From Gammaproteobacteria bacterium (GTDB lineage: Bacteria > Pseudomonadota > Gammaproteobacteria > JAGOUN01), in NCBI GenBank assembly GCA_046290385.1, contig JBKAGM010000004.1:9010-73009 (forward strand): a DNA stretch of 64,000 bases, given 5' to 3'. The notes beneath the pieces are model-generated. The model had not been told where the DNA came from. It did no database searches and saw only the letters and a program-made list of their open reading frames with translations. The position numbers were made by a program, and so were the translations under genes. Shown piece by piece: positions 29,653 to 40,178 of the stretch (within the stretch, counting starts at the first letter, position 1; each line of letters opens with the position of its first letter).

Positions 29653-32600
29653 TCTGCAATCCTCTTTTCTATGCGCTTCGCTTCATTCTGCTTGGCTTGT
29701 ATAAAATCACGATAAGATTTAACTGGAATACGTTTTTTATCAAATCCAGATAATGCTTTCAACATTATACTAGCTAATTGTATGTTAGTAATGAGAGGAA
29801 TATGATGATCAACAGCCAAACGACGCATGACGTAACCATCCGTAATATATTGCTCACTATAATCTGGTGAGGGTATTGTAACAATTAAATCAAGCTTTTG
29901 TTCCAAAATATGCGTACGAATATTAGGTTCTTCTTCATCGCTAGATTTATAAAGTAATGTGGAAGGGATGCCATGGCGTTCTAAAAAAGCATGTGTTTTT
30001 TCTGTAGCAAAAAACTTGAATCCCAAAAGGTTCAGTTTTTTAATAGGTTCTAAGAGTTTTACTTTGCTATTTTCGCCACCCAGGCTTAAAAACAAATTTT
30101 TCCCGCGAACAATTTGATCAGTCGCACGCCAAGATTGGTAAAAAGCTGCTGTCAAATCATCTCCGATCACACCGACTTCACCAGTTGAGGCCATTTCTAC
30201 GTGCGCAACAGGATCTGCGCCTTTTAAGCGATTATATGAAAACTGAGGCGTTTTAACACCGACGTAATCCAATTCTAGCGTTTCTACATCTTTGGATGCA
30301 TGTTGATTTAAAATAACCGCGGTTGCAGATTTGATAAAATTATGCTGTGTAACTTTTGAAACAAATGGAAATGATCGTGATGCGCGGACATTACATTCAA
30401 TCACGCGAATTGCATTATTCTTTGCAATAAATTGAATATTAAAAGGTCCTGTAATTTTGAGTGCTTTAACGACTTGCCGTGTAATTTTTTTTGTTCGACG
30501 AATGGTTTCTAAATACAATTGCTGTGGAGGCAATACGATAGTCGCATCCCCAGAGTGTACACCTGCGTTTTCAACGTGCTCCGATATAGCCTCAACTACG
30601 ATTTCACCATCATCTGCAACACCATCGATTTCTAGTTCTTTTGCGCCTTCTATAAAGTCAGATAAGACAACTGGATGATCAGGAGAAACAATGGATGCTT
30701 CTTTTAAGTAATGCTCTAATTCTGATTCATTACGAACAACCTTCATTGCGGCCCCGGAGAGAACATACGAAGGGCGAATTAATACTGGATAACCTACTTT
30801 TTTTGCAAACCTTTTTGCATGCGCGATCGTTGTAACTTCTGTCCATGCCGGCTGATCAATATCCAGCTGGTTAAGTAGCGTTGAAAACGTTTTTCTGTTT
30901 TCAGCCATATCAATATTGGCCGGTTTTGTACCAAGGATAGGATAACCAGCCTGATGTAATGGCATAACAAGGTTGTTTGCGATCTGGCCACCAACACCAA
31001 CAACAATACCTTTTGGATTTTCAAAGTCAGCAATATCTTGTGTGCGCTCTAAACTAAGTTGCTCGAAGTATAAACGATCAGACTCATCATAATCTGTCGA
31101 TACTGTCTCAGGATTCGAATTAATAATAATCGACTTTTCACCAAACTCTCGCAAAGTTCTGGATGTGATGACACCACACCAATCAAATTCTACCGAGGAA
31201 CCAATACTATAAGGACCGGATCCTAGTACAATCACAGGTGATTGCTCAGAGGGCTCAACATCGTGAGAAACACCATGATAGGTCATATACAAATAATTGG
31301 TTTGGGCATCAAATTCGCCAGCTAATGTATCAATTTGTTTTACAAAAGGAGTAATCCCCCATTCTTTACGCTGTTTTCGAATAGCTTGCTCATCTGTCTC
31401 ACGCAATGTTGCAATACGTTTATCAGAAAAACCATTTTTCTTAGCACGCAAGAGTAATTCTTCTGTTAATTCTTTGCGTTTTAATTGATTTTCTAACATG
31501 ACAATTTGATATATATGATTTAAAAACCATGGGTGAATGTTCGAAAGTGCCTGTGCTTTTTCAACGTTACCACCCTGTTTGAAAAATTCTGCAATAGCAA
31601 ATAATCGTCTATCCGTAGGAAAGTGAATTTCATGTTCTGGATTCTCAATCGTATAAGGATAATCACAGATACTACTCGCGCCAATATTAAGCATAGCAGC
31701 CGCTTTTTGTAAGGCCTCTGGAAAACTGCGCCCAATGGACATAACTTCGCCCACACTTTTCATTTCTGTACCAATGCTGCGATCAGAATTTTTTAACTTT
31801 TGCGTATCCCAGCGAGGAATTTTAACCACAACATAATCGAGTGCTGGCTCGAAAAATGCGCAAGTTTTTTGTGTAATACTATTTTTAATCTCATGTAATG
31901 GATAACGTAATGCCAGTTTTGCTGCAACAAATGCTAGTGGATAACCTGTCGCCTTAGATGCTAAGGCACTCGAGCGTGACAAACGCGCATTCATTTCAAT
32001 AACACGATAATCGCCGTTTTCGGGGTTTAGTGCATACTGAATATTACATTCGCCTAATATTTTAAAATGCCTTGCCGCTTTAATAGCAATACGCCGTAGG
32101 AAGTGATATTCGTTATTCGTTAAGGTTTGTGACGGCGCAACGACAATGCTCTCACCTGTATGAACACCCATGGGGTCCATATTTTCCATGTTACAAATAG
32201 TTAATGCACTATCATTACAATCACGCACGATCTCATATTCCAACTCTTTCCAACCGATGAGATATTCTTCAATTAAAACATGCGGTGCGACAGCAAGAAT
32301 TTCTGTAGCGCGTTCTCGTAGTTGCGCCTCAGATTCAATTTTACCCGAGCCAAGACCGCCCAAAGTAAAACCGGAACGCATCATTACAGGATAGCCTATA
32401 CTTTCTGCAGCTTCTAATACCTCTTCAAGCGTACTGCAGCAATAGCTTTCTGGTGTTTTAACACCTATTTTTAGCAATTCTGATTTAAACGCATTACGAT
32501 CTTCAGTCAAACGGATAGCATCTAATGATGTTCCGAGAACTTCTATATTGTGTTTTTCCAATATGCCCTGATCAGATAATTCCAACCCTAAATTTAAAGC

Positions 32601-32906
32601 GGTTTGACCGCCAAAACCGAGCATGATGCCATCAGGTTTTTCTCTTTCGATAATTTGTTTGACTGTTTCGACATTTAAAGGTTGTAAGTAAAGCTCATCG
32701 ACTAATCCGGGTTCGGTCTGGACGGTAGCAATATTAGGATTAACTAAAACAACACGGATTCCTTCCTCTTTCAATGCCTTAATGGCTTGTGAACCAGAGT
32801 AATCAAACTCTCCAGCTTGCCCAATACGCAATCCTCCTGATCCAAGCAGTAAAACTTTTTTATTCTTAAACCCTTTTTTATCAAAGAAGCTCATAAAATC
32901 TCTCAA
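29628..32906 (-). CDS. carB: carbamoyl-phosphate synthase large subunit
   Basis: 1092 aa with duplicated ATP-grasp halves. The GQAGEFDYSG N-terminal motif occurs twice. Confidence 0.95.
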   Translation of the reverse strand: MRDFMSFFDKKGFKNKKVLLLGSGGLRIGQAGEFDYSGSQAIKALKEEGIRVVLVNPNIATVQTEPGLVDELYLQPLNVETVKQIIEREKPDGIMLGFGGQTALNLGLELSDQGILEKHNIEVLGTSLDAIRLTEDRNAFKSELLKIGVKTPESYCCSTLEEVLEAAESIGYPVMMRSGFTLGGLGSGKIESEAQLRERATEILAVAPHVLIEEYLIGWKELEYEIVRDCNDSALTICNMENMDPMGVHTGESIVVAPSQTLTNNEYHFLRRIAIKAARHFKILGECNIQYALNPENGDYRVIEMNARLSRSSALASKATGYPLAFVAAKLALRYPLHEIKNSITQKTCAFFEPALDYVVVKIPRWDTQKLKNSDRSIGTEMKSVGEVMSIGRSFPEALQKAAAMLNIGASSICDYPYTIENPEHEIHFPTDRRLFAIAEFFKQGGNVEKAQALSNIHPWFLNHIYQIVMLENQLKRKELTEELLLRAKKNGFSDKRIATLRETDEQAIRKQRKEWGITPFVKQIDTLAGEFDAQTNYLYMTYHGVSHDVEPSEQSPVIVLGSGPYSIGSSVEFDWCGVITSRTLREFGEKSIIINSNPETVSTDYDESDRLYFEQLSLERTQDIADFENPKGIVVGVGGQIANNLVMPLHQAGYPILGTKPANIDMAENRKTFSTLLNQLDIDQPAWTEVTTIAHAKRFAKKVGYPVLIRPSYVLSGAAMKVVRNESELEHYLKEASIVSPDHPVVLSDFIEGAKELEIDGVADDGEIVVEAISEHVENAGVHSGDATIVLPPQQLYLETIRRTKKITRQVVKALKITGPFNIQFIAKNNAIRVIECNVRASRSFPFVSKVTQHNFIKSATAVILNQHASKDVETLELDYVGVKTPQFSYNRLKGADPVAHVEMASTGEVGVIGDDLTAAFYQSWRATDQIVRGKNLFLSLGGENSKVKLLEPIKKLNLLGFKFFATEKTHAFLERHGIPSTLLYKSSDEEEPNIRTHILEQKLDLIVTIPSPDYSEQYITDGYVMRRLAVDHHIPLITNIQLASIMLKALSGFDKKRIPVKSYRDFIQAKQNEAKRIEKRIAEWQLEQMA

Positions 32907-33924
32907 ATAGTTGCTCTGTATCTATTGGACCTGGTGATGCTTCTGGGTGAAATTGCACAGCAAAAAATGGCTTTTCTGTATGCGCAATGCCCTGTACTGT
33001 ACCATCGTTTAAATTTTTATAGGTGACTTTCCAACCTTTTGGTAAACTTTTTTCATCAACCGCATAACCGTGATTTTGAGATGTTAAAAAACACTTATTT
33101 GTCTCTAATTCAATACAAGGATGATTTTGAGCACGATGACCAAAAGGCAATTTATATGTTTTTGCGCCAACTGCAAGCGCCAAAATTTGAGAACCCAAGC
33201 ATATACCAAACATAGGTTTATTTTGTTTTAATACCTTCTTTAATATAGAAATTGTCTTGGTACATTGAGCAGGATCGCCGGGACCATTTGAAATAAAAAC
33301 TCCGTCGAAATTGTCTTGGCTATAGTCATAGTCGTAAGGCACACGGATAATTTCAACGGGCAACTTCTGTAAATGGCGTAATATATTTTGCTTGATACCA
33401 CAATCGACAACCACAACTTTTTTGTTACCCTTCCCAAGCTTTTCTACTTCTGAGCAGGTCACTTGGCCTACCAAGTCTTCCTGGTTGACATCCAAAAATT
33501 GTTTCGGTCTTTTGGGTGTTGAGGTAATAGCGCCTAGAACAACTCCTTTAGAACGTAAAGTTTTGACAAGAGCTCGAGTATCGACACCTGTTAACATAGG
33601 TATATTTTGTGTTTTTAGCCAATTGCTTAGCGACTGCTCTGCCTCGTGATGATAATAAAAATCTGCTAACTCAGAGCAGATCATTCCAGCAGCTTGGACT
33701 TGTCGAGATTCCCAATGTTCCGGAGCAGGAACGCCATAATTACCGATAAGTGGGTAGCTAAACGTTAAGATTTGTCCTTTGTAAGAAGGATCGGTAAGTG
33801 ATTCAACATAACCGACCATGCCTGTATTAAAAACTATTTCGCCAGAAAAGGTATCATCTTGCCACTCTGGAGAGCGGCCCTCGAAAATTTCCCCTGTTTC
33901 AAGCACCAAATACGACGGTTTCAT
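32881..33924 (-). CDS. carA: carbamoyl-phosphate synthase small (glutaminase) subunit
   Basis: GICLGSQIL catalytic Cys motif and a class-I GATase domain. Overlaps the carB start. Confidence 0.9.
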   Translation of the reverse strand: MKPSYLVLETGEIFEGRSPEWQDDTFSGEIVFNTGMVGYVESLTDPSYKGQILTFSYPLIGNYGVPAPEHWESRQVQAAGMICSELADFYYHHEAEQSLSNWLKTQNIPMLTGVDTRALVKTLRSKGVVLGAITSTPKRPKQFLDVNQEDLVGQVTCSEVEKLGKGNKKVVVVDCGIKQNILRHLQKLPVEIIRVPYDYDYSQDNFDGVFISNGPGDPAQCTKTISILKKVLKQNKPMFGICLGSQILALAVGAKTYKLPFGHRAQNHPCIELETNKCFLTSQNHGYAVDEKSLPKGWKVTYKNLNDGTVQGIAHTEKPFFAVQFHPEASPGPIDTEQLFERFYELL

Positions 33925-34179
33925 TTACTACACATTTTGATAGACATAAACTCTTTCATCTTACCTAATAGTTTAAAGTTCTGCAAACAAAAATCACTCT
34001 CATTTTGGTGCTATTTGCTTTTCTATCTGAGAGTTCTACAAACGGTTTTTTACTAAAAATCAATACTGATAGGTTCTTGATTTTTATAGATCCCGCAAAT
34101 AAACCGAAGGATAACAGCTGCAGAATACAACAGGTCCTGTCTGTAATTCACATTTCATTCTTGCACTAATAAGCTATAA

Positions 34180-34962
34180 TTAAAGACGATGGTTATAAAG
34201 AAAATCTTCGATCAATTTTTTAGCAATGCTGGCCGAAACATCATGATATTTTGGGAAGTTATCAACCCCATACCAGTCTGCTGATTCAATTTCAGCATCA
34301 TTTAGCTGAATATGTCCCCCCTCATATTCTGCAGTAAAACCAAGCATGAGTGAGTCTGGAAATGGCCAAGGTTGTGATTCAATATAACATATATTTTTAA
34401 TTTCTATTCCTACCTCTTCCCTTACTTCACGACGGACAGTTTCTTCAATCGTTTCGCCAATTTCAACAAAGCCTGCAATAAGGCTATAAATACCCTTGGG
34501 AAAGTGAGGTGCTCGTGCTAACAGTATTTGATCTTCTTTATGTATACGCACAATAATTGAAGGTGAAATACGGGGATAAAAATGTAAATTACATACGGTG
34601 CAGTGCCTTTCCATACTGGTTTGCGTGAGCTGCGTTTTTCCGCCACAACGACCACAATATTGATGATTATTATTCCAGCGAATTATCTGGTGCGCTTTAA
34701 CAATCGCGTTAAACCAGTCTCGGGAAACAAGATGCAGCGCTGATTTTAATGGGACCCAAATGAACGGTGCATCTAGCTCAACATATTTCTGTAATTCATA
34801 ACAGAAACATTTAGACTCAGCTTGATCAAATGTAAAAAAGGTATCTACCTCTTCAACCCTTTCAACGAACCGCTGCAAAGTATTGGCTGGAGGAATATGA
34901 TAGGCATCTCCGTTTTTTTCTAGACACAAAAGCTCGTGCGAAAAAATAAAAACATGGTCCAT
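34180..34962 (-). CDS. nudC: NAD(+) diphosphatase (NADH pyrophosphatase) NudC
   Basis: Zinc ribbon CGRCGG...CTVCN plus Nudix box GFVEIGETIEETVRREVREEVGI. Confidence 0.8.
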   Translation of the reverse strand: MDHVFIFSHELLCLEKNGDAYHIPPANTLQRFVERVEEVDTFFTFDQAESKCFCYELQKYVELDAPFIWVPLKSALHLVSRDWFNAIVKAHQIIRWNNNHQYCGRCGGKTQLTQTSMERHCTVCNLHFYPRISPSIIVRIHKEDQILLARAPHFPKGIYSLIAGFVEIGETIEETVRREVREEVGIEIKNICYIESQPWPFPDSLMLGFTAEYEGGHIQLNDAEIESADWYGVDNFPKYHDVSASIAKKLIEDFLYNHRL

Positions 34963-34995
34963 ATCATTTACTATTTCACTTGAGCTATCTACTTA

Positions 34996-35796
34996 TTAAC
35001 TAAACACATAAGAAACACCAAGCAATGCTGTTGAAGAATAGCGACGTTCAACAATAGGGCTATCAGCAATCTCATCACCATATCGTGTAATCACATAACC
35101 CGCACGTGCATTCCAATGATCGGTAATACGATAAATAGCCAAGAGTGCTGCCGATAAATTAACAGTATCATCTGCACTGTATGCTGGTCGGCTCGACGTA
35201 GCCTCACTCGATTTAACTCCATAATAATAATCAACAATATTGTGATTGGCATAAACAGCCGCAAGCGTTGGTATAAAAATGAGCGTTTTTTGAAATAGCG
35301 GAAGAGCTGTAGAGACTTTCACTCCCACCGCGGAACCGTTTGTTCTTCCTGTGATGTCATGCACTGCATAAGCACCTAACACGATGGGTTTTAGTCGCAC
35401 TGCCACTTCACCACCTGCGTTGAGTGATAAATCGCGATCGTCCATACCACTCAAGTCATCACTTAAACTGGAATCAAAATGAGTAAAGTATGGTTTAACA
35501 ACCACTGCTGCATTCCAATTTTCGTGCTGTACAACTCGATAACCCGCTTCAAAACCACGCCAAAACAGACCTTTCCAATAAAGGTTAATCATTGGCATTG
35601 GTCGAATAACATTATCAACACCAGAATAAATAGATTGGCTATAGACTCCAGCGACACCAACACTATTAGGAATGGGGTCCACCATAGGAGGAGCCATCTT
35701 CGCAAGACTGTTAAGGTACGTACCATCATCCTTTGCAAAAACATTTGAAGATATAAAGAACAATAGTAAAAAAGCAATAATCCATTTAAATTTCAT
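34996..35796 (-). CDS. MipA/OmpV-family outer membrane protein
   Basis: Signal peptide, beta-strand-rich, a C-terminal aromatic residue (…YVFS), and a MipA-like conserved N-terminal segment. Confidence 0.6.
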   Translation of the reverse strand: MKFKWIIAFLLLFFISSNVFAKDDGTYLNSLAKMAPPMVDPIPNSVGVAGVYSQSIYSGVDNVIRPMPMINLYWKGLFWRGFEAGYRVVQHENWNAAVVVKPYFTHFDSSLSDDLSGMDDRDLSLNAGGEVAVRLKPIVLGAYAVHDITGRTNGSAVGVKVSTALPLFQKTLIFIPTLAAVYANHNIVDYYYGVKSSEATSSRPAYSADDTVNLSAALLAIYRITDHWNARAGYVITRYGDEIADSPIVERRYSSTALLGVSYVFS

Positions 35797-35828
35797 CTGT
35801 ATTTCCCTTAGTGTTGGACATTTACAGT

Positions 35829-36071
35829 TTAATTGATTTTATGTTGGCTGTCATTATCTTTTTTATCATCCAATAATTTCTTTAAGTTACGGAGTATTTG
35901 TTGATTTAACCTCTCATCTTCAAACATTTGTTGAGACTCTAGTAGTTCATTAATGGTGCCTACTGTTACTCCTACAGCATTGGCAATATCCAATTTCGAG
36001 TACCCCTCATCGAGTAATAAATATTGTAATACTGTATCAATACTAATTTTATTTTTTCTTGGTAATAACAT
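35829..36071 (-). CDS. small hypothetical protein with predicted HTH
   Basis: 80 aa. The SKLDIANAVGVTVGTINEL segment looks like a helix-turn-helix. Confidence 0.3.
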   Translation of the reverse strand: MLLPRKNKISIDTVLQYLLLDEGYSKLDIANAVGVTVGTINELLESQQMFEDERLNQQILRNLKKLLDDKKDNDSQHKIN

Positions 36072-36400
36072 CTGAAAACTCCTTCGTGAATTTCATTATG
36101 ATCACTTAACTTATATTTTGAGTTGGTTTGATCTGATAAGGTGATAAGAAATAGTGATTAAGGGCAGATTTCGATTCAGCATGATAACTTCTCCATTTGT
36201 TTTTGTTCTCATAAAATATTAGCTAATCTCTGAGGTTGGAAATATAATCATATCTATAATAGGCTTACAAGCACTCTAAAACGCCCTAAATTCAGCTCCC
36301 AAATTCATGACTGTAAAATTAGATATCTAATTTGAGCGCTTTATTTTACAGTGAAAATAAAGTAGGATTCGTTTTATAAAAATGCTCAGGAGAGAACTGA

Positions 36401-36802
36401 ATGTTCAAGCAAACTTTTGAAGTACGTGACAACGAAATTGATGCGCAAGGAGTAGTGAATAATGCAAATTACTTTATTTACATGGCGCATACACGGCATA
36501 AATTCTTACATAGTATAGGTGTTAATTTCGACGATTATGCTAAAAACAACCAAAACCTATTCTTGCTCTCAACACAAATCAACTTTAAAAAGGCACTGGT
36601 TGCAAACGATAATTTTTATGTAACATGCGAAATCGTACGTGAAGGTAAACTGAAAATCGCGTTTGAGCAAGAAGTAATAAGATCGTCAGACGAACAACTC
36701 ATGGCGCATGCTCGAAATATTGGCGTTTGTGTCGATGGAAATAATCGCAATCGGCCTTATATTCCTGAAGCTTTTGAACGTGTCTTTTGTGCGTCTGAAT
36801 AA
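36401..36802 (+). CDS. acyl-CoA thioesterase, hotdog fold (YbgC/FadM-like 4HBT family)
   Basis: EVRDNEIDAQGVVNNANYFIYMAHTRHKFL matches the 4HBT thioesterase N-terminal catalytic region. Confidence 0.75.
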   Translation: MFKQTFEVRDNEIDAQGVVNNANYFIYMAHTRHKFLHSIGVNFDDYAKNNQNLFLLSTQINFKKALVANDNFYVTCEIVREGKLKIAFEQEVIRSSDEQLMAHARNIGVCVDGNNRNRPYIPEAFERVFCASE

Positions 36803-37690
36803 ATTAGATGTGTATTAAAACTAAAAAAAGAACCACTGGCAGGGATGTAACAACAAGGACTCGTCATAATAACTTGACCTACATGCCCGACTTTAGCTAG
36901 GAGATGATTTGAGCCAAGCACCTCTACCTTCGCCAAATCATCGAAGAGGAAAAAGTCAGGCCTATTATTACAACGAAGTTGGCCCTGCCAATGATTCTAT
37001 ACACGATATAAAAACAGTTGAGGTGAAATTAAAACTCTAGGTCAAGAGAAGATGGTTAGGAATTTATATTAAAAAAATTTTTAATGCAAGCGGTTTTTTT
37101 AATTTTTACTAATTAAATAAATACATTATCAAAAAAGCCCCCTAAAATATCTTGCTAATTATTACCCTAAATTCTGCTGCAAAATACGAGCTTCTACTTT
37201 CAATATTGAGAATATTAGAAAACAAGCTCTTCAGCAAAGTTTTCTCAACCCTCTTTCCAATCAGATAATAGGATAAACAAGCTACGCCAAGGGCGCATCA
37301 AAAGACTATTATTTATGCATTTTTATTCTAAAAAATAAAACTCAGCCGATAATTTGTGAGATATATCTCAAAATAATGTGGCTTATATCGCTATTTTTGG
37401 GTTAAAAAAATTTACAATTCCTATGTTTATTAAGAAGTTAGCTGTTTCGGGAACAAAGAATGTATTATTTTTGTATATATTCGCTTGTTTGAGTTCATAA
37501 AAAACGCATAATAGATAGTGTTCAGGGAAGACAGCGCACAGCAAAGGATTGCCGCAAAAGGACAGGCAACAAAGGAACGGAAACTGTGCACCCCACACAG
37601 CAATGTGAGGAAAGGAAGCCGATTTATCGACAGGGATAGTCTCCTTTTTTTTGGAGGCTTATCCCCTGGGGACCAACGGTGATAATTTTT

Positions 37691-39016
37691 TCATAAACTT
37701 TCAAATTGCTCCTTGGACAATAATCCATTTACCAGCACAGGATAATGTTCCCTGATATAACCACGAAAAACACTCCGAACAATGCTATGTTCTAATCCAT
37801 TACGATGATATAAGTTCAACATCATTTGATTGTTCTTCTCTTCTAAACTTGAAATAAAACTCCTTTCCATAACTCGCTTTTCTGTATCTGGTAATAATCG
37901 ATATGCTTTCTCTATAAAATCGACAACATAATGCTGATAACGATTCTTTAATGCTTCATCATGCTTTCGTTTCTGTTGAAGCTTCAACATCTCTTTTTCT
38001 TTTTCAAGATATTGTGACTCTAAATGCTGTCGGCTCGATTTCGCTTGATAATCACCGCGTAATGCACTTAGAAAATAAGCCGCGAGATTATTGATTTCTC
38101 CCTTCTTAAAGCTTGATGATTGCTCAACAAATGAAATTTTTTCAGCAATACGCTCTTCTCCAAAGTCATTAAGAAGATCAGCAGCCTGTGTCTTGGTAAA
38201 ACCAAAGGTTTTGAGTTTTGCAATATATGCTATTTGATCTTCAGTGAGTGCGTAGCTCTCCAATTCAGTTTGTCCTATACGATTACGTTTTTCTCGAGCA
38301 CTGAGTTTAAATCGAATTTGTTTAACTTGTCGGCGCTCTTTTTTAATTTCGGGTTCAACAATCAAATCTGAAAACGCATTTACCTCCTCTATTGATTTGT
38401 CGAGAACACGTCTTTTGAAATCTCTAAAAATATCGTATTTACCGGAAGGCACTCCCATTAATTTGCGAAAAACATCGAGTTCAAACCATTTCGTTGACGA
38501 CAACCCTTTGTAGCGAACACAATTTTCATAAAGTGCGAGTCCATAACTAGATTTAAATTTAGACTGAATGATGAGATTAATTTTACCGTATACGGAAGGC
38601 GAGTAAAGCAACTCTTTCATTCTTGGACTATACGCATAATAGCAATTAGGCCCTTTTATGCTTACGCTGGCAATAATTGTACTTGCTGTCCAATCTTCTT
38701 CAGAACAATTATCATTGACTACGTTCCATTCAACAATCGTTGATACAAGCCCACGTAATGCATCTTTTATGACGCCGTGATTATTTCCTCTATACCCAAT
38801 AATCTGACATAATTCCCGGATGGTTATTTGATGCTCTTCAACGTTTTTCAATTCTGGGTAGGCATGGAACAGCAGCGCATTATTAATTTTGCGTTGTAGC
38901 AAAGTCAACATGCCAGAACTATGTATCGCAGCAGTATGTTTTTTTAACTCACCGTTCTTGCGTGCGATCTGGCCTTGCTTACTTTGTGTTGATTTTATCA
39001 TTCCTTGATCCTGCAT
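37691..39016 (-). CDS. iteron-type plasmid replication initiator protein (Rep_3-like)
   Basis: 441 aa. The N-terminal region resembles Rep_3 initiators, and the gene lies immediately downstream of five iterons. The C-terminus is a Lys/Glu-rich coiled region. Confidence 0.55.
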   Translation of the reverse strand: MQDQGMIKSTQSKQGQIARKNGELKKHTAAIHSSGMLTLLQRKINNALLFHAYPELKNVEEHQITIRELCQIIGYRGNNHGVIKDALRGLVSTIVEWNVVNDNCSEEDWTASTIIASVSIKGPNCYYAYSPRMKELLYSPSVYGKINLIIQSKFKSSYGLALYENCVRYKGLSSTKWFELDVFRKLMGVPSGKYDIFRDFKRRVLDKSIEEVNAFSDLIVEPEIKKERRQVKQIRFKLSAREKRNRIGQTELESYALTEDQIAYIAKLKTFGFTKTQAADLLNDFGEERIAEKISFVEQSSSFKKGEINNLAAYFLSALRGDYQAKSSRQHLESQYLEKEKEMLKLQQKRKHDEALKNRYQHYVVDFIEKAYRLLPDTEKRVMERSFISSLEEKNNQMMLNLYHRNGLEHSIVRSVFRGYIREHYPVLVNGLLSKEQFESL

Positions 39017-39024
39017 TGACTACT

Positions 39025-39132
39025 CCCACAAACGTCACATCTTGTCCCATAAGTGTCACACGACTATCCCATAAGTGTCACACTTTTTTCCCATAAGTGT
39101 CACAAAACATCCCACAGATGTCACACTTAACA
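39025..39132. repeat. five direct 21-22 bp iterons (candidate plasmid-type origin / Rep binding sites)
   Basis: Units start at 39025, 39046, 39068, 39090 and 39111, with core cccaYaaRtgtcaca. Three units are identical (cccataagtgtcaca). They are followed by an AT-rich stretch at 39133-39300. Confidence 0.7.
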
Positions 39133-39305
39133 TAATTTTATCTTCTATTTTCAACAGCTTAGCTTCCCTAAAACTATTAAAACATTTAAAAACATTACAC
39201 AACATCAAGTGTTGTTATTTATTTGTAATATCATTTATCATAACTTTGATTTTATTAGAATTCAAGGTATATAATATATCATGCTATATGGTAATACATT
39301 AAGGA

Positions 39306-40178
39306 TTGTGTCATATGAAAGTTATTGCTGCAGTAAGTAATAAGGGAGGCGTTGGAAAAACAAAACTCAGCGCATTATTAACAGAATATTTAGCGAAGTA
39401 TACAAAGAAAAAAGTTTTAGCTATCGATTTTGATCCGCAATGTAATTTTTCTTTGCGTTACTTGCCTATGGAGATGGATCCAGCAGCCCCGGAAGGTTTA
39501 ATGCCACCTATTCATCCCGATTACAACCCAGACGAAGATGAAGAGTGGGATGGCCGCAGCAGTATTGCAGATATTTTCTTTGGACAAGGTGTTGTTCCAT
39601 ATCCAACTTTTATCAAAAATGTAGATATTGCGCCTGGACATGCTGAACGTTTGTTAGCCGCAGAAATGGTGCGCAGAAGTGAAGTTGCTGAAAGAATTCA
39701 CAGGCAGCTTAAAATATTTTTAAATTCCCCAGATTTGCAAGAAGCGTATGATGTCGTTATTGTGGACACCGCTCCTTCAAAAGGACCATTGACTGTAAGC
39801 GTAATTAAGGCGGCCACCGATATTGTTATTCCTTCAGTAATGGAAGAACAACCTATTCAGGGGATATACGGTATGTTACAACTTTGGATGCAGGAATCAT
39901 TTAATCGAAAATCCGATAACCCATTGAATTTAGTAGGAATATTGCCAAACATGTTTAAAAACACAACGCTACATCGCGATATGTATGAGTCGTTGTTGAG
40001 TAATGAGGGTATTGGTAAGTATATGATGCCAATGAAAATAAGCCAGCGGATTGTATATGCTGAAATTGATTCAGAGGATGCAAGCCCAAGAACGATTTTT
40101 GATTTACCTGATAATCACATTGCGAAACGTGAAGCGGTAACTGTTTGTGAATACATCATGAAGGAGGTGTTTGGATGA
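39306..40178 (+). CDS. parA: ParA/Soj-family partition ATPase (plasmid type)
   Basis: Deviant Walker A KGGVGKT; the start is probably MKVIAAV at 39318; insertion-bearing relative to chromosomal Soj. Confidence 0.85.
   Translation: MCHMKVIAAVSNKGGVGKTKLSALLTEYLAKYTKKKVLAIDFDPQCNFSLRYLPMEMDPAAPEGLMPPIHPDYNPDEDEEWDGRSSIADIFFGQGVVPYPTFIKNVDIAPGHAERLLAAEMVRRSEVAERIHRQLKIFLNSPDLQEAYDVVIVDTAPSKGPLTVSVIKAATDIVIPSVMEEQPIQGIYGMLQLWMQESFNRKSDNPLNLVGILPNMFKNTTLHRDMYESLLSNEGIGKYMMPMKISQRIVYAEIDSEDASPRTIFDLPDNHIAKREAVTVCEYIMKEVFG

Noticed and set aside
36830-36960. Possible tRNA or tRNA fragment as integration site near gcccgactttagctagg
   Set aside because: No cloverleaf can be drawn, and there is no T-loop GTTCRA or CCA-adjacent acceptor pairing.
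37383-37598. 71-aa minus-strand ORF
   Set aside because: It lies within the 888-bp AT-rich non-coding tract. Its composition is atypical and there is no start context.
39025-39132. Direct repeats considered as a CRISPR array
   Set aside because: The repeats are 21-22 bp with almost no unique spacer between them, there are no cas genes, and they sit at the 5' end of a Rep gene. They are iterons.
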